A stretch of DNA of 64,000 nt. Source: Chiloscyllium plagiosum (lineage: Eukaryota). The DNA lies in NCBI RefSeq assembly GCF_004010195.1, contig NC_057752.1:11784298-11848297 (forward strand). Direction: 5' to 3'. Under the pieces are notes generated by a model that saw only the letters and a program-made list of their open reading frames with translations, searched no databases and was not told where the DNA came from. The stretch's first letter is position 1; the number at the start of each line of letters is the position of its first letter. Positions 50,150 to 61,524 of this stretch are shown here, one piece after another. Both the position numbers and the translations under genes were made by a program.

Positions 50150-52030
50150 ATGGCACTGGGTGGGACAGTGGGTTATCACACTGTCCTTTCACATTGAGGG
50201 ACTGGGTGGTACAGTGGGTTATCACACTGTCCTTTCACATTGAGGGACTGGTTGGGACAGTGGTTATCACTGTCCTTTCACACTGAGGGACTGGGTGGTA
50301 CAGTGGGTTATCACACTGTCCTTTCACACTGAGGGACTGGGTGGTACAGTGGGTTATCACACTGTCCTTTCACATTGAGGGACTGGTTGGGACAGTGGGT
50401 TTCACTGTCCTTTCACACTGAGGGACTGGGTGGTACAGTGGGTTATCACACTGTCCTTTCACACTGAGGGACTGGGTGGGACAGTGGGTTATCAGTGGGC
50501 GGCACAGTGGTTAGCACTGCTGCCTCACAGCGCCAGAGATCCGGGTTCAATTCCTGCCTCAGGCGACTGACTCTGTGGAGTTTGCACATTCTCCCCGTGT
50601 CTGCGTGGGTTTCCTCTGGGTGGCTCCGGTTTTCTCCCACAGTTCAAAAAATGTGCAGGTTAGGTGAATTGGCCATGCATAATTGCCCGTAGTGTTAGGT
50701 GAAGGGCTAAATGTAGGCGAATGGGTCTAGGTGGGTTGCGCTTCGGCGGGTCGGCGTGGACTTGTTGGGCCGAAGAGCCTGTTTCCACACTGTAAGTAAT
50801 CTAATCTAATCACACTGTCCTTTCGCACTGAGGGACTGGGTGGGACAGTGGGTTATCGGACTGTCCTTTCACACTGAGGGACTGGTTGGTACAGTGGGTT
50901 ATCACACTGTCCTTTCATACCAATGGACTAGGTGGTACAGTGGGTTATCTCACTGTCCTTTCACACTGAGGGACTGGGTGGTACAGTGGGTTATCTCACT
51001 GTCCTTTCACACTGAGGGACTGGGTGGGACAGTGGGTTATCACTGTCCTTTCACACTGAGGGACTGGGTGGGACAGTGGCTTATCACACTGTCCTTTCAC
51101 ACTGGGGAACTGGGTGGGACTGTGTGTTATCACACTGTCCTTTCACACTGAGGGACTGGGTGGGACAGTGGGTTATCGGACTGTCCTTTCATACTGAGGG
51201 AATGGGTGGCACAGTGGGTTATCACACTGACCTTTCACATTGTGGGACTGGGTGCGACAGTGGGTTACCACACTGTTTTTTCACACTTAGGGACTGGGTG
51301 GGACAGTGGGTTATCACACTGTACTTTTCCACTCCTGGACTGGGTGGAACAGTGGGTTATCGGACTGTCCTTTCACACTCTGGGCCTGGGTGGGACTGTG
51401 GGTTATCTCACTGTCCTTTCACACTGAGGTACTGGGTGGTACAGTGGGTTATCACACTGACCTTTCACACTCTAGGACTGAGTGGTACAGTGGGTTATCA
51501 CGCTGTCCTTTCACACTCTGGGCCTGGGTGGGACTGTGGGTTATCACACAGTCCTTTCCCACTGAGGGACTGTGTGGTACAGTGGGTTATCACACTGTCC
51601 TTTCACACTGAGGGACTGTGTGGGACAGTGGGTTATTGGACTGTCCTTTCCCACTGAGGGACTGTGTGGGACAGTGGGTTATTGGACTGTCCTTTCGCAC
51701 TGAGGGACTGGGTGGGACAGTGGGTTATCGGACTGTCCTTTTGCACTGAGGGACTTCGTGGGACAGTGGGTTATCACGTTGTCCTTTCACACTGAGGGAC
51801 TGGGTGGCACAGTGGGTTATCACGTTGTCCTTTCACACTGAGGGACTGGGTGGGACAGTGGGTTATCAGACTGTCCTTTAACACTATGGGACTGGGTGGT
51901 ACAGTAGGTTATCACACTGTCCTTTCACACTGAGGGACTGGGTAGGACAGTGGGTTGTCACTGTCCTTTCACACTCTGGGCCTGGGTGGGACTGTGGGTT
52001 ATCACACTGTCCTTTCACACTCTGGGACTG
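50150..52030. repeat. 46-bp hairpin-containing minisatellite (~33 copies) interrupted by a SINE
   Basis: Consensus cacactgagggactgggtgggacagtgggttatcacactgtccttt. Confidence 0.95.
50497..50810 (+). mobile_element. HE1-like SINE, young copy inserted into the 46-bp array
   Basis: gggcggcacagtggttagcactgc...taatctaatctaat; the array unit resumes in register (ttatca | cactgtcc). Confidence 0.9.
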
Positions 52031-52779
52031 AGTTTTATAATTGTTTATTGTGCAATCCTAACTCACATGGGGGTATGTGTTACAGTAGATTATCATACTG
52101 TTCTGTTCATGGACTGAGGCATATATTGGAGTTTTGCATATTGCTGGGAGTTTTGAAATTTGTTAAATTAGAGGTTTTCCATTCTATGACTCATGTGTTA
52201 CATTGTAGCCCCAACAGATTAAGTTTTAAGTGTTCAATATTGTGGTCTGACATTTAACACAATTTCCTATCGTTGAATTTTATTAGAAAACTCTTAATTT
52301 TGAATACTCTTACCTGTTTTAAGTAGCAACTCATCAGACATGCTGTTTAATTGGCTGTCTATCTGATTGTGTTGATGGGATTTTACTCTGTATCTTACCC
52401 TGTGCTTTCCCTGTACTGGGAGTGTTTCATGGTGACCATTCCCAACGCCGCAGAGAAAATTAAAGAATTTGTCAGTCTGCTCACAGTGCGGTGACCTGCA
52501 TGATATCAATGCCTTTTTTTTTAAAAAGGCCTGCTTATGCGTTGGTGGGTGGGTGAGAGAGGGGAGTAAACAAAAGGATTTAACTTAGAGAATGGCCAAG
52601 CCATGTGAGTGATTTGAAAGTGTGTTTGAAAGATTTCCTGTTGCAACACTGCTTTTGGTTGAGAAGGTTCTTGAGCAGTAGACAATGATGAAGGGGTGGA
52701 AAAGCAGATTGAGCAGATGTTCAAAAAGCCACAGACAGATGTGAAGGGTAAAGGAGGTATCACAAGTTTGAAGTAAATT

Positions 52780-55150
52780 GGGTGTCCTTGCGCATGAATC
52801 ACAGAAGTTGGTCTGCAGGTACAACAGGTAATTAGGAAGGCAAATAGAATTTTGTCCTTCATTGCTAAAGGGATTGAGGTCATGTTGTAGCTGTATATGG
52901 TGCTGGTGAGGCCACACCTGGAGTACTGTGTGCAATTTTGGTCTCTTTACTTGAGAAAGGATGTACTGGTACTGGAGGGGGTACAGGTTTACTAGTTGAT
53001 TCCAGAGTTGAGGGGGTTGGCTTGTGAGGAGAGACTGAGTAGACTGGGCTTATATTCATTGGAATTTACAAGAATGAAAGGAGATTTTATAAAATTATGA
53101 GGGGAATAGATAAGATAGAAATAGAGAGGATATTTCCACTGGCAAGTGAAAATGGACAAGAGGGCATACCTTCAAAATTAGGACTGAATTGAGAAGGAAC
53201 TTCTTCATCCAGAGGGTTGTGTATCCCTGCCCAATGAAGTGGTTGAGGCTTCCTCAGTTAATGTTTTTAAAGCTAAGATAGCTAATTTTTTGAACATTAA
53301 AGGAATTGAGCTTTCTGGTGGGAGGGCGGGTAAGTGGAGCTGAGGCCACAAAAAGATCAGTAAAGATCTTATTGAATGGCGGAGCAGGCTCGAAGGGCCA
53401 GATGGCCTACTCCTGCTCCTAGTTCTTATGTTCTTAAATTATGTTGAAAGGGTGGAGAATGATTATTGAGTGATTTTAAAAACAAAAGTGAAGAGATTGA
53501 AGAGCCGCAGGTCAGTGTTGTTAGGTGATCATGGGGATAAAAAGGGAAGTGGCACCTCTTTCAGCTGAGTATATGAATGTTTCAATGATGGAGGAGCTTG
53601 GAAAATGGATATATTACTGAAGTGGAAGTAGGTGGTTTGAGTGACATGTAGGGGACGAAGTTCAAAACTCAGTTCAGAGTCGAACGAGACAATAGTTTTA
53701 TTCAGTGTTAGCAAGTGACTGGCTAGTGGAGTTGAGAGATAGCAACACTTTTTCAAGGAACTTAGAGAGAGCACATAAAAGTGGATAAATCCTCAGGACC
53801 TGATCAGGTGAACCCTAGAACTCTGTGCGAAGCTAGGGAAGTGATTGCTGGGCCTCTTGCTGAGATATTTGTATCATCGATAGTCACAGGTGAGGTGCCG
53901 GAAGACTGGAGGTTGGCTAACGTGGTGCCACTGTTTTAGAAGGGTGGTAAGGACAAGCCAGGGAACTGTAGACCAGTGAGCCTGATGTTGGTGGTGCACA
54001 AGTTGTTGGAGGGAATCCTGAGGGACAGGGTGTACATGTATTTGGAAAGGCAAGGACTGATTAGGGATAGTCAACATGGCTTTGTGTGTGGAAATCATGT
54101 CTCACAAACTTGATTGAGTTTTTGAAGAAGTAACAAAGAGGATTTATGAGGGCAGAGAGGTAGACATGATCTATATGGCCTTCAGTAAGGCATTCGACAA
54201 GGTTCCCCATAGGATACTGGTTAGCAAAGTTAGATCTCATGGAATACAGGGAGAAATAACCATTTGGATACAGAACTGGCTCAAAGTTAGAAGACAGAGG
54301 GTGGTGGTGGAGGGTTGTTTTTCAGACTGGAGGCCTGTGACCAGTGGATTGCCACAAGGATCGGTGTTGGGTCCACTACTTTTCATCATTTATATTAATG
54401 ATTTGGATGTGAGCTTAAGAGGTATGGTTAGGAACTTTGCAGATGACATCAAATTTAGAGGTGTAGTGGACAGTGAAGAAGGTTACCTCAGATTACAACG
54501 AGATCTTGATCAGATGGGCCAGTGGGCTGAGAAGTGGCAGATGGAGTTTAATTTAGATAATTGCAAGATGCTGCATTTTGTTGTGGCTGTACAGGACATT
54601 GGTTAGGCCACTTTTAGAATATTGCGTGCAATTTTGGTCTCCTTCCTATTGGAAAGATGTTGTGAAATTTGAAAGGGTTCAGAAAAGATTTGCAAGGATA
54701 TTGCCAGGATTTGAGCTTTAGGGAGATGCTGAACAGGCTGGTGCTGGTTTCCCTGGAGTGTCAGAGGTTGAGGGATGACCTTATAAAAGTTTATAAAATC
54801 ATGAGGGGCATGGATAGGATAAATAGACAAGGTCTTTTCCCTGTGGTGGGGGAGTACAGAACTAGAGGGCATAGGTTTAGGGTGAGGGGAAAGATATAAA
54901 AGAGACCTCAGGGGCAACATTTTAACGCAGAGGGTGGTGCGTGTGTGGAATGGGCTGCCAGAGGAAGTGGTGGATGCTGGTACAATTGCAACATTTAAAA
55001 GGCATCTCGATTGGTACATGAATAGGAAGGGGTTGGAGGGACATGGGCCGGGTGCTGGCAGGTGGAACTACATTGGGTTGGGATATCTGGTCGGCATGGA
55101 CAAGTTGGACCGAAGGGTCTGTTTCTGTGCTGGACATCTCTATGACTCTA
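52780..55150 (+). mobile_element. CR1 LINE fragments (two elements)
   Basis: ORF 54166..54606 FSKAFDKVPH...[13 protein letters not shown]...FADD; 54934.. WNGLPEEVV. Confidence 0.88.
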
Positions 55151-55555
55151 AAGGAAACTGCCCTGTTGGTTACTCTAATGCCTTTTCTCTAGTGGTAGTT
55201 ATTGTATTTATTTCATCTCCTCCTTATGCTCCTTGATTATTTTTGGAATGCTGTCAGTATCTAATATTGTGAACACTGAACAAACAGTACAGCACAGAAA
55301 CAGGCCCTTCAACCCACCACTGACACCTTATGCCTCCTTAAACTTTTGCCTTTTGCCGCCAAGCTGTCTGTATCGCCCTATTCCCTGCCTATTTATGTAT
55401 CTTAAATGTTTTTGTTATGTCTGCCTCCACCACCACCTCTGGCAGTGCATTCCAGGCACTTATCACCCTCTGTGTAAAAAAAACCTGCTTCTCACATCTC
55501 TTAAACTTGCTCCCTTTTACCTTAAACCCATGTCCCCTAGTAATTGATATTTCTA

Positions 55556-56186
55556 GATGGAAATGTGTTGCTGGAAAAGCGCAGCAGGTCAGGCAGCATC
55601 TAGGGAACAGGAGAATCGACGTTTCGGGCATTAGCCCTTCTTCAGGAATGAGGAAAGTTGGTCCAGCAGGCTAAGATAAAAGATAGGGAGGAGGGACTTG
55701 GGGGAGGGGCGTCGGAAATGTGATAGGTGGAAAGAGGTCAAGGTGAGGGTGATAGGTCAGACTGGGGTGGGGGCGGAGAGGTCGGGAAGAAGATTGCAGG
55801 TTAGGAAGGCGGTGCTGAATTCGATGGATTTGACTGAGACAAGGTGGGGGGAGGGGAAATACCTTGTCTCAGTCAAATCCATCGAACTCAGCACCGCCTT
55901 CCTAACCTGCAATCTTCTTCCCACCTCTCCGCCCCCACCCCAGTCTGACCTATCACCCTCACCTTGACCTCTTTCCACCTATCACATTTCCGACGCCCCT
56001 CCCCCAAGTCCCTCCTCCCTATCTTTTATCTTAGCCTGCTGGACCAACTTTCCTCATTCCTGAAGAAGGGCTAATGCCCGAAACGTCGATTCTCCTGTTC
56101 CCTAGATGCTGCCTGACCTGCTGCGCTTTTCCAGCAACACATTTCCATCTCTGATCTCCAGCATCTGCAGACCTCACTTTCTCCTC
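55556..56186. mobile_element. Recent Penelope-like insertion forming a ~290-bp inverted repeat, 14-bp TSD
   Basis: Arms 55555-55845 and 55861-56150 are reverse complements (about 1 mismatch and 1 indel seen); TSD aattgatatttcta at 55542-55555 and 56187-56200. Confidence 0.9.
56060..56092 (+). ncRNA. Minimal hammerhead ribozyme core (Penelope type); mirror copy at 55613-55646 (-)
   Basis: CTGAAGA-A-GGGC TAAT GCCC-GAAAC-GTCGATTC: CUGANGA box, 4-bp stem II, GAAA box; stem I not verified. Confidence 0.7.
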
Positions 56187-57831
56187 AATTGATATTTCTA
56201 CCCAGGGGAAAACACTCCAACTATCAACGCCTCTCGCAAACTTCCATCAGGTTGCTCGCAGCCTCTGACGTTCAAATGAAAGCAAATCTAGTATGACCAA
56301 TCTCTCCTCCTAGCTAATAGCCTTCAAATCATATAACAGCCTGGTAAACATTTCCAAAGCCCCCACATCCTTTTGATAGTGTGGCGACCAGAAGTGTACC
56401 CCACATTCCAAATGAGACCTAACTAAAGTTCTCTACAGCTACAACATGACTTGCCAGTTTTTATACTGTGTGCCCTGACCGGTGATGGCAAGCATGCCAT
56501 ACGCCTTCTTGACCACGTACCCACTTGTGTTGCCACTTTTAGGGAACTGTGGACCAATACACACAAATCCCTCTCTATGTTGATGCTGCTAAGGGTTCTG
56601 CCATTTACTGTATACTTCCCTCCTACATTAGCTCTCCCAAAATACATTTGTCTGCATTAAATTCCATCTGCCATTTCTCCGCCTAAGTCTCCAGTCTACC
56701 TATATCCTCTGGCAATCCTAGTCACTATCTGCAGCTCCCTCAACCTTTGTGTTGTCTGGAACTTACTAATCAGACCGCCTACATTCTCCTCCAAATCGTT
56801 CATGTATTTTACAAACAACAGAGGATCCTTCAGAACACCACTGGTCACAGATCTCCAGTCAGAAAAACACCCTTCCATTGCTGCTACTCTGAGTTTTGCG
56901 ACAAAGCTAGTTCGGTATCCATCTTACCAGCTCACCACGGATCCTATGTGACTTCACCTTCCGCATCAGCCTATCTTGAGGGAACTTATCAAAGGCCTTG
57001 CTAAAGTCCCTGTCGACAACATCCACCACCCTACCCTTGTCAATCATCTTTGTTATTTCCTCAAAAAACTCCATCGAGTTTAAGACATGACCTCCCTTGC
57101 ACAAAGCCATGTTGCCTATCACTAATAAGCCTATATTTTTTCCAAATGTGAAAAAAATGATGTCCCTAGGAATATTCTCCAGTACTTTCCCTACCACTGA
57201 CCTGTAATTTCCTGGATTGTTGCTGTCCTTAAACAAAGGAGTAACATTGGCCATTCTCTAGTCCTTTGGGACCTGTCCTGTGACTAATAAGGATGCAAAG
57301 ATTTTGTGCAAGGCCCCAGCATTTTCCTCCCTCAGCTTTCTGAGATAGATCCTATCAGGTCCTAGGGACTTGTCTATCTTTATGCTTTTCAAAACACACA
57401 ACATCACCTCCTTTATGTTGATGTGCCCTATAATGACATGCCCCTCTCTAGACTCAACATTCATCATGTCCTTCTCCTTTGTGAATACCAATGCAAAATA
57501 TTTGTTAGGGTCCTCATTCACTTCCTCCGGCTCCATGCATAGGTTCCCTCCTTTGTCCTTGAGTGGACCTACCCTTTCCCTCCCTATCCACTTGCTGTTT
57601 ATATATGTATGAAACACCTTGAGACTGCCTTTAATCCTGTTTGCCATGGCCCCTTTTAGCCTTCCTAAGTCCTTGTTTAAGTTTGTTCCTGCTTTCTTTA
57701 TATTCTTCAACGGTTCTGTCTGTCTTCACCTTCCTAAGCCTCCTCTTTCTTGTTGTCTAAGCTCACAATTTCTTTTGTCATCCAAGGCTTCCATACCTTG
57801 CAATCCTTATCCTTCATTTTCACAGGATTCT

Positions 57832-58125
57832 GGGGCAACACAGTGGCTCAGTGGTTAGCACTGCTGCTTCACAGCGCCAGGGACCCGGGTTCGATTCCAA
57901 CCTCAGGCGACTGTCTGTGTGGAGTTTGCACATTCTCACTGTCTCTGCGTGGGTTTCCTCCCACAGTCCAAAGGCGTGGTAAATTGCCCATTGTGTTAGG
58001 TGCATTAGTCAGGGGTAAATAGAGGATAGGGAATGGGTCTGGTAGGTTACTCTATGGAGGGTCGGTGTGGACTTGTTGGGCTGAAGGGCCTATTTCCATA
58101 CTGTAGGGAATCTAAACTAATCTAA
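57832..58125 (+). mobile_element. HE1-like SINE
   Basis: acagtggctcagtggttagcactgctgc...ggttcgattcc...aatctaaactaatcta. Confidence 0.85.
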
Positions 58126-60379
58126 TAAACTGGCCTTTAAAAGATTCCCACATGACAAATGAGGATTTACCTTCAAACAGAAGCCCTCAATCTACATTCT
58201 CCATTTTCTGCCGCCGAATACTGTGATAGTTAGTTTTCGCCCAAGAGCAATGCTTATCCTTATCCAGAAGTAGCTTAAAACTTATAGAATTATGATCACT
58301 GTTCCCGAAATGTTTCCTCACTGAAACTTCGCTCATCTGGCCCGGTTCTATTCCCTAGCTGAGACAATTTACATAATGCTTCAAGACAGTCACCTGGGCA
58401 CACTTAACAAATCTACCTCATCCAACCTCTTGGCACCAAGGGACTCTTAGTTAATATTTTTCCATAATCTATACACAGATCCATATCTCCCACTGACTTT
58501 TGGAAGGCCTATCAAAGTGATTACACCCTTCTTATTCCTGAGCTGTACCCATATGGCCTCGCTGGATGAGACCTCCTAGGTATTCCCTCTCAGTATAGCT
58601 GTGATATTCTCCCTAATCAGTAACGTAACTCCCACACCTTTTTTACATCACTCTCTATCTCATCTGAACCATCTAAATCCCAGAACGTTCAGCTGCCAGT
58701 CTTGTCCCTCTCTCGACCAAGTCTGTAATTGCTACAACAACATAGTTATATGCACTTACCCCAGCTCTAAGTTTATCCGTCTTACCTGTCATGCTCCTCA
58801 TATTAAAACTAATGGACTTCAGACTGCCAGTTCCATGTTCAGTCGCCTCCCCATATCTGTTCTTCCTCTTCGCCTATCTGGTTTTACTCTCCTCCTCAGT
58901 CATTTCACTGACTGACCACCTGCTCTGGTTTCCCCCCCCCCACCCCCATCACACGAGTTTCAACCCTTCTGAACGACACTAGCAACATCCCTGCCAGGAT
59001 ATTGGTGCCCCTCCAGTTTAGGTGCAACCTTCTTCCTGTACAGGTCCCACCTGCCCTGAAAGGCACCCCAGTTTTCCATATATCTGAAGCCCTCCCTCCT
59101 ACACCAGCTCTTTAGCCACATAATTAACTGTCCTATTTTCCAATTCCTAGCCTCACTGGCACATGGTACAAGGAGTAATCCCAGGATTACAACTCTAGAG
59201 GCCCTGCTTTTCAACTTATCTAAACTTAACTTACCTAACTCCCTGACGTTACTTTGCAGGACCTCGTTACTCTTCCTGCCTATGACATTAGTACCAATGT
59301 GTGCCACTACCTCTGTCTGCTCATGCTGTTTTACAAGAATGTCCCACACCTGCTCAGAGATATCTTTGTCACACGCACCAGAGAGGCAGCACCCCATTCT
59401 GGAGTCTCTTGCAGCCACAAAAACATATGTGCCCCTAACTATACAGTCCCCTATTACTACTGCTCTTCTGCATTTTGACCCTCACGACTGTAGTACAGGA
59501 CCAGCTGTGCTGTCACCACTCTGGCTGCTACTGTTACCATCCCTGACAGGCAATCCCTCCCAAGTGTATCCAAAGCAGTAGAATTATTCAAGATGGAGAC
59601 AGTCACAGGGGACTTCTGCACTGTCTGCCTGCCCCTTCTCGTGGTCTCCCATCCATCTGCCTGAGCCTTAAATGTGACCACATCTCTAAAGCTCTCTTTG
59701 ATGCTTTCTACATCCTGCATGCTCCTATGTGTACCCAACTGCTGCTCCAACCGATCCATGCGGTCTGACAGTTGCTGCAATTAGACACACTTCCTGCAGT
59801 TGTAGTTGTCAGGAACATTTGAACCACCTCTGATTTCCCACAATCCACAGGAGAAACGTGCTGCCCTGCTAACTGCCATTTTCACCCTATCACAACTATT
59901 TAATTAAAAATAAATTTCTATTCAATGAATTTACATCTAGCTAGATGGTTCCCCATGTTAGATACTCACTAAAGAACAATAAATGCACTATTCTGTAAAC
60001 CACAGTCGAGGTACTATTCTAAATCCCAGTACTATATGACTCTATCACTAGCCTAAATCGCACTACTGTCAAATCATAGAACATTACAGTGCAGTACAGG
60101 CCCTTTGGCCCTCAATGTTGCACTAATCTTATCAGTATGAAAAGGTAACTGGAAATTAAAGGTAAGAAAAAGAAATCACCTGAGCACTACTTACCAATCA
60201 GGAGCTCTTCTGTCCAAAATATCACATTTGAGCTTGTGATGTGATGAAGTGCAGCTCCCATGATACTCCCCATGTCACGGGTCAAGGTCAATGCCCCATA
60301 CTAAAGTTTTTACCTGCTCCAACTGCTGTTGTCTTCCTCCAACTTCTCTGGTTCCAGTTCCCGGATGCTGATCAAGGTA

Positions 60380-60990
60380 AGGCTACTAAGTCTGAAGCAA
60401 AGTATTCATTCAACTCCTTTGCCATTTCCTAGTTTTCCCATTTTTCTTTCCCTAGCCTCGCTCTCAAAGGATTCTGTGTTCACGTTGGTTCCTTCCTTGC
60501 TTTTTATATATTGAAAGGAGCTCTTGCTGTCTGTCTTACTTGCAAGTTTATTTTCTAAGTTTGTCTTCTCCCTCTTTTAATTTCTTGGTTGTCTTTTTTT
60601 AAAACTTTCCCCACCATCTAACCCACTAATCTTCACCAAATTGTATGTTCTATCTTTCAGTTTGATGCTGAGCTTCCCTGGTTAACCATAGTTGGCTTAT
60701 CTCCTTTGTCCTCACTGAGATATGTCTTGACTGTGAATCATGAACATTTTCTTAAACGCCAATCCTCAACTGCCTTTACTGCTGAACTCCTTTCCCAGTC
60801 CACTCCAGCCAGCTGTGCCCTCATTCCTTTGTAATCACCCTTATTTGAGTTTCCCACAATTGTTTCCGACCTGAGTTCCTCCCTCTCAAACTGAATGCTA
60901 AATTCTACCATTTTATGGTCGCTGTTTCCAAGAGGATCTTTTACTCTGACAGCATTTATTACACCTTCATTATGCATCACCAGATCCAAA
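60380..60990 (-). mobile_element. CR1 LINE EN-RT linker fragment
   Basis: ORF 60738..60989(-) DPLGNSDHKMVEFSI...GDYKGMRAQLAGVDW. Confidence 0.75.
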
Positions 60991-61456
60991 ATAATAAAAG
61001 GATTCAGGGATTTTTTTAAAGAGTGAACTGGACAGAATGTTTTTTTTAATTTATAAAGGCAATTATTAACCTGTTATAGATTCTAGTTGCACTGCTTGCC
61101 ACTTCCAAAAACTAATTTGTGTCTTTGTCTTAGCATGAGTAGCCTGTAATTTGAACTGCAATCCAAATGGTCTGAGCTATGTTGAAGCCTTTGGATGATG
61201 GAGGAGACCAGGGCTCACTCATACCAGGCAGTGTCTCTGGTGAATGTGAGATTTGATTTTCCGCTATAGATTTCAAATTCATTGGGAAATTGAGCTGTAG
61301 GGTGAAACAATCAGAGAATGAGACCTACAACTCTTTCATCTGAGATTTTTCTATGAGACAACCCTTCCAAATATCTACTTGAGTGACCATAACTGGCCTT
61401 GGGTGAAAATGCTGTGTCTGTGACATACTTTAAAAAGATGGTGATTTATTTTCTAG

Positions 61457-61524
61457 AACAAGGCGCCACAATGCAGACAGAGGTGATGGCGACTCCATCA
61501 GCGGCAGTGCCCCCATCACAATGA
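61457..61524 (+). CDS. SMARCC2: SMARCC2 terminal coding exon with stop codon
   Basis: attttctag|AA CAA GGC...CCA TCA CAA TGA; (E)QGATMQTEVMATPSAAVPPSQ*; phase 1 fits and the VPPxQ* ending resembles the mammalian C-terminus. Confidence 0.82.

Larger units (their letters stand above)
55280..59850 (-). mobile_element. Long degenerate CR1 LINE including ORF1 (SGNH/esterase-like) and ORF2
   Basis: ORF 58960..59418(-) VVAHIGTN...RASRVVILGLLLVP...W (CR1 ORF1 esterase-like); ORF2 pieces at 57258..57710 and 56907..57254 (DFSKAFDK); interrupted by Penelope and SINE insertions. Confidence 0.85.

Noticed and set aside
50150..52030. CRISPR-like array (palindromic repeats at regular spacing)
   Set aside because: Sequence between hairpins is also repeated, so there are no unique spacers; eukaryotic intron with no cas genes
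55280..59850. Intact active CR1 element
   Set aside because: ORF1 and ORF2 are broken by stops, frameshifts, deletions and two nested insertions
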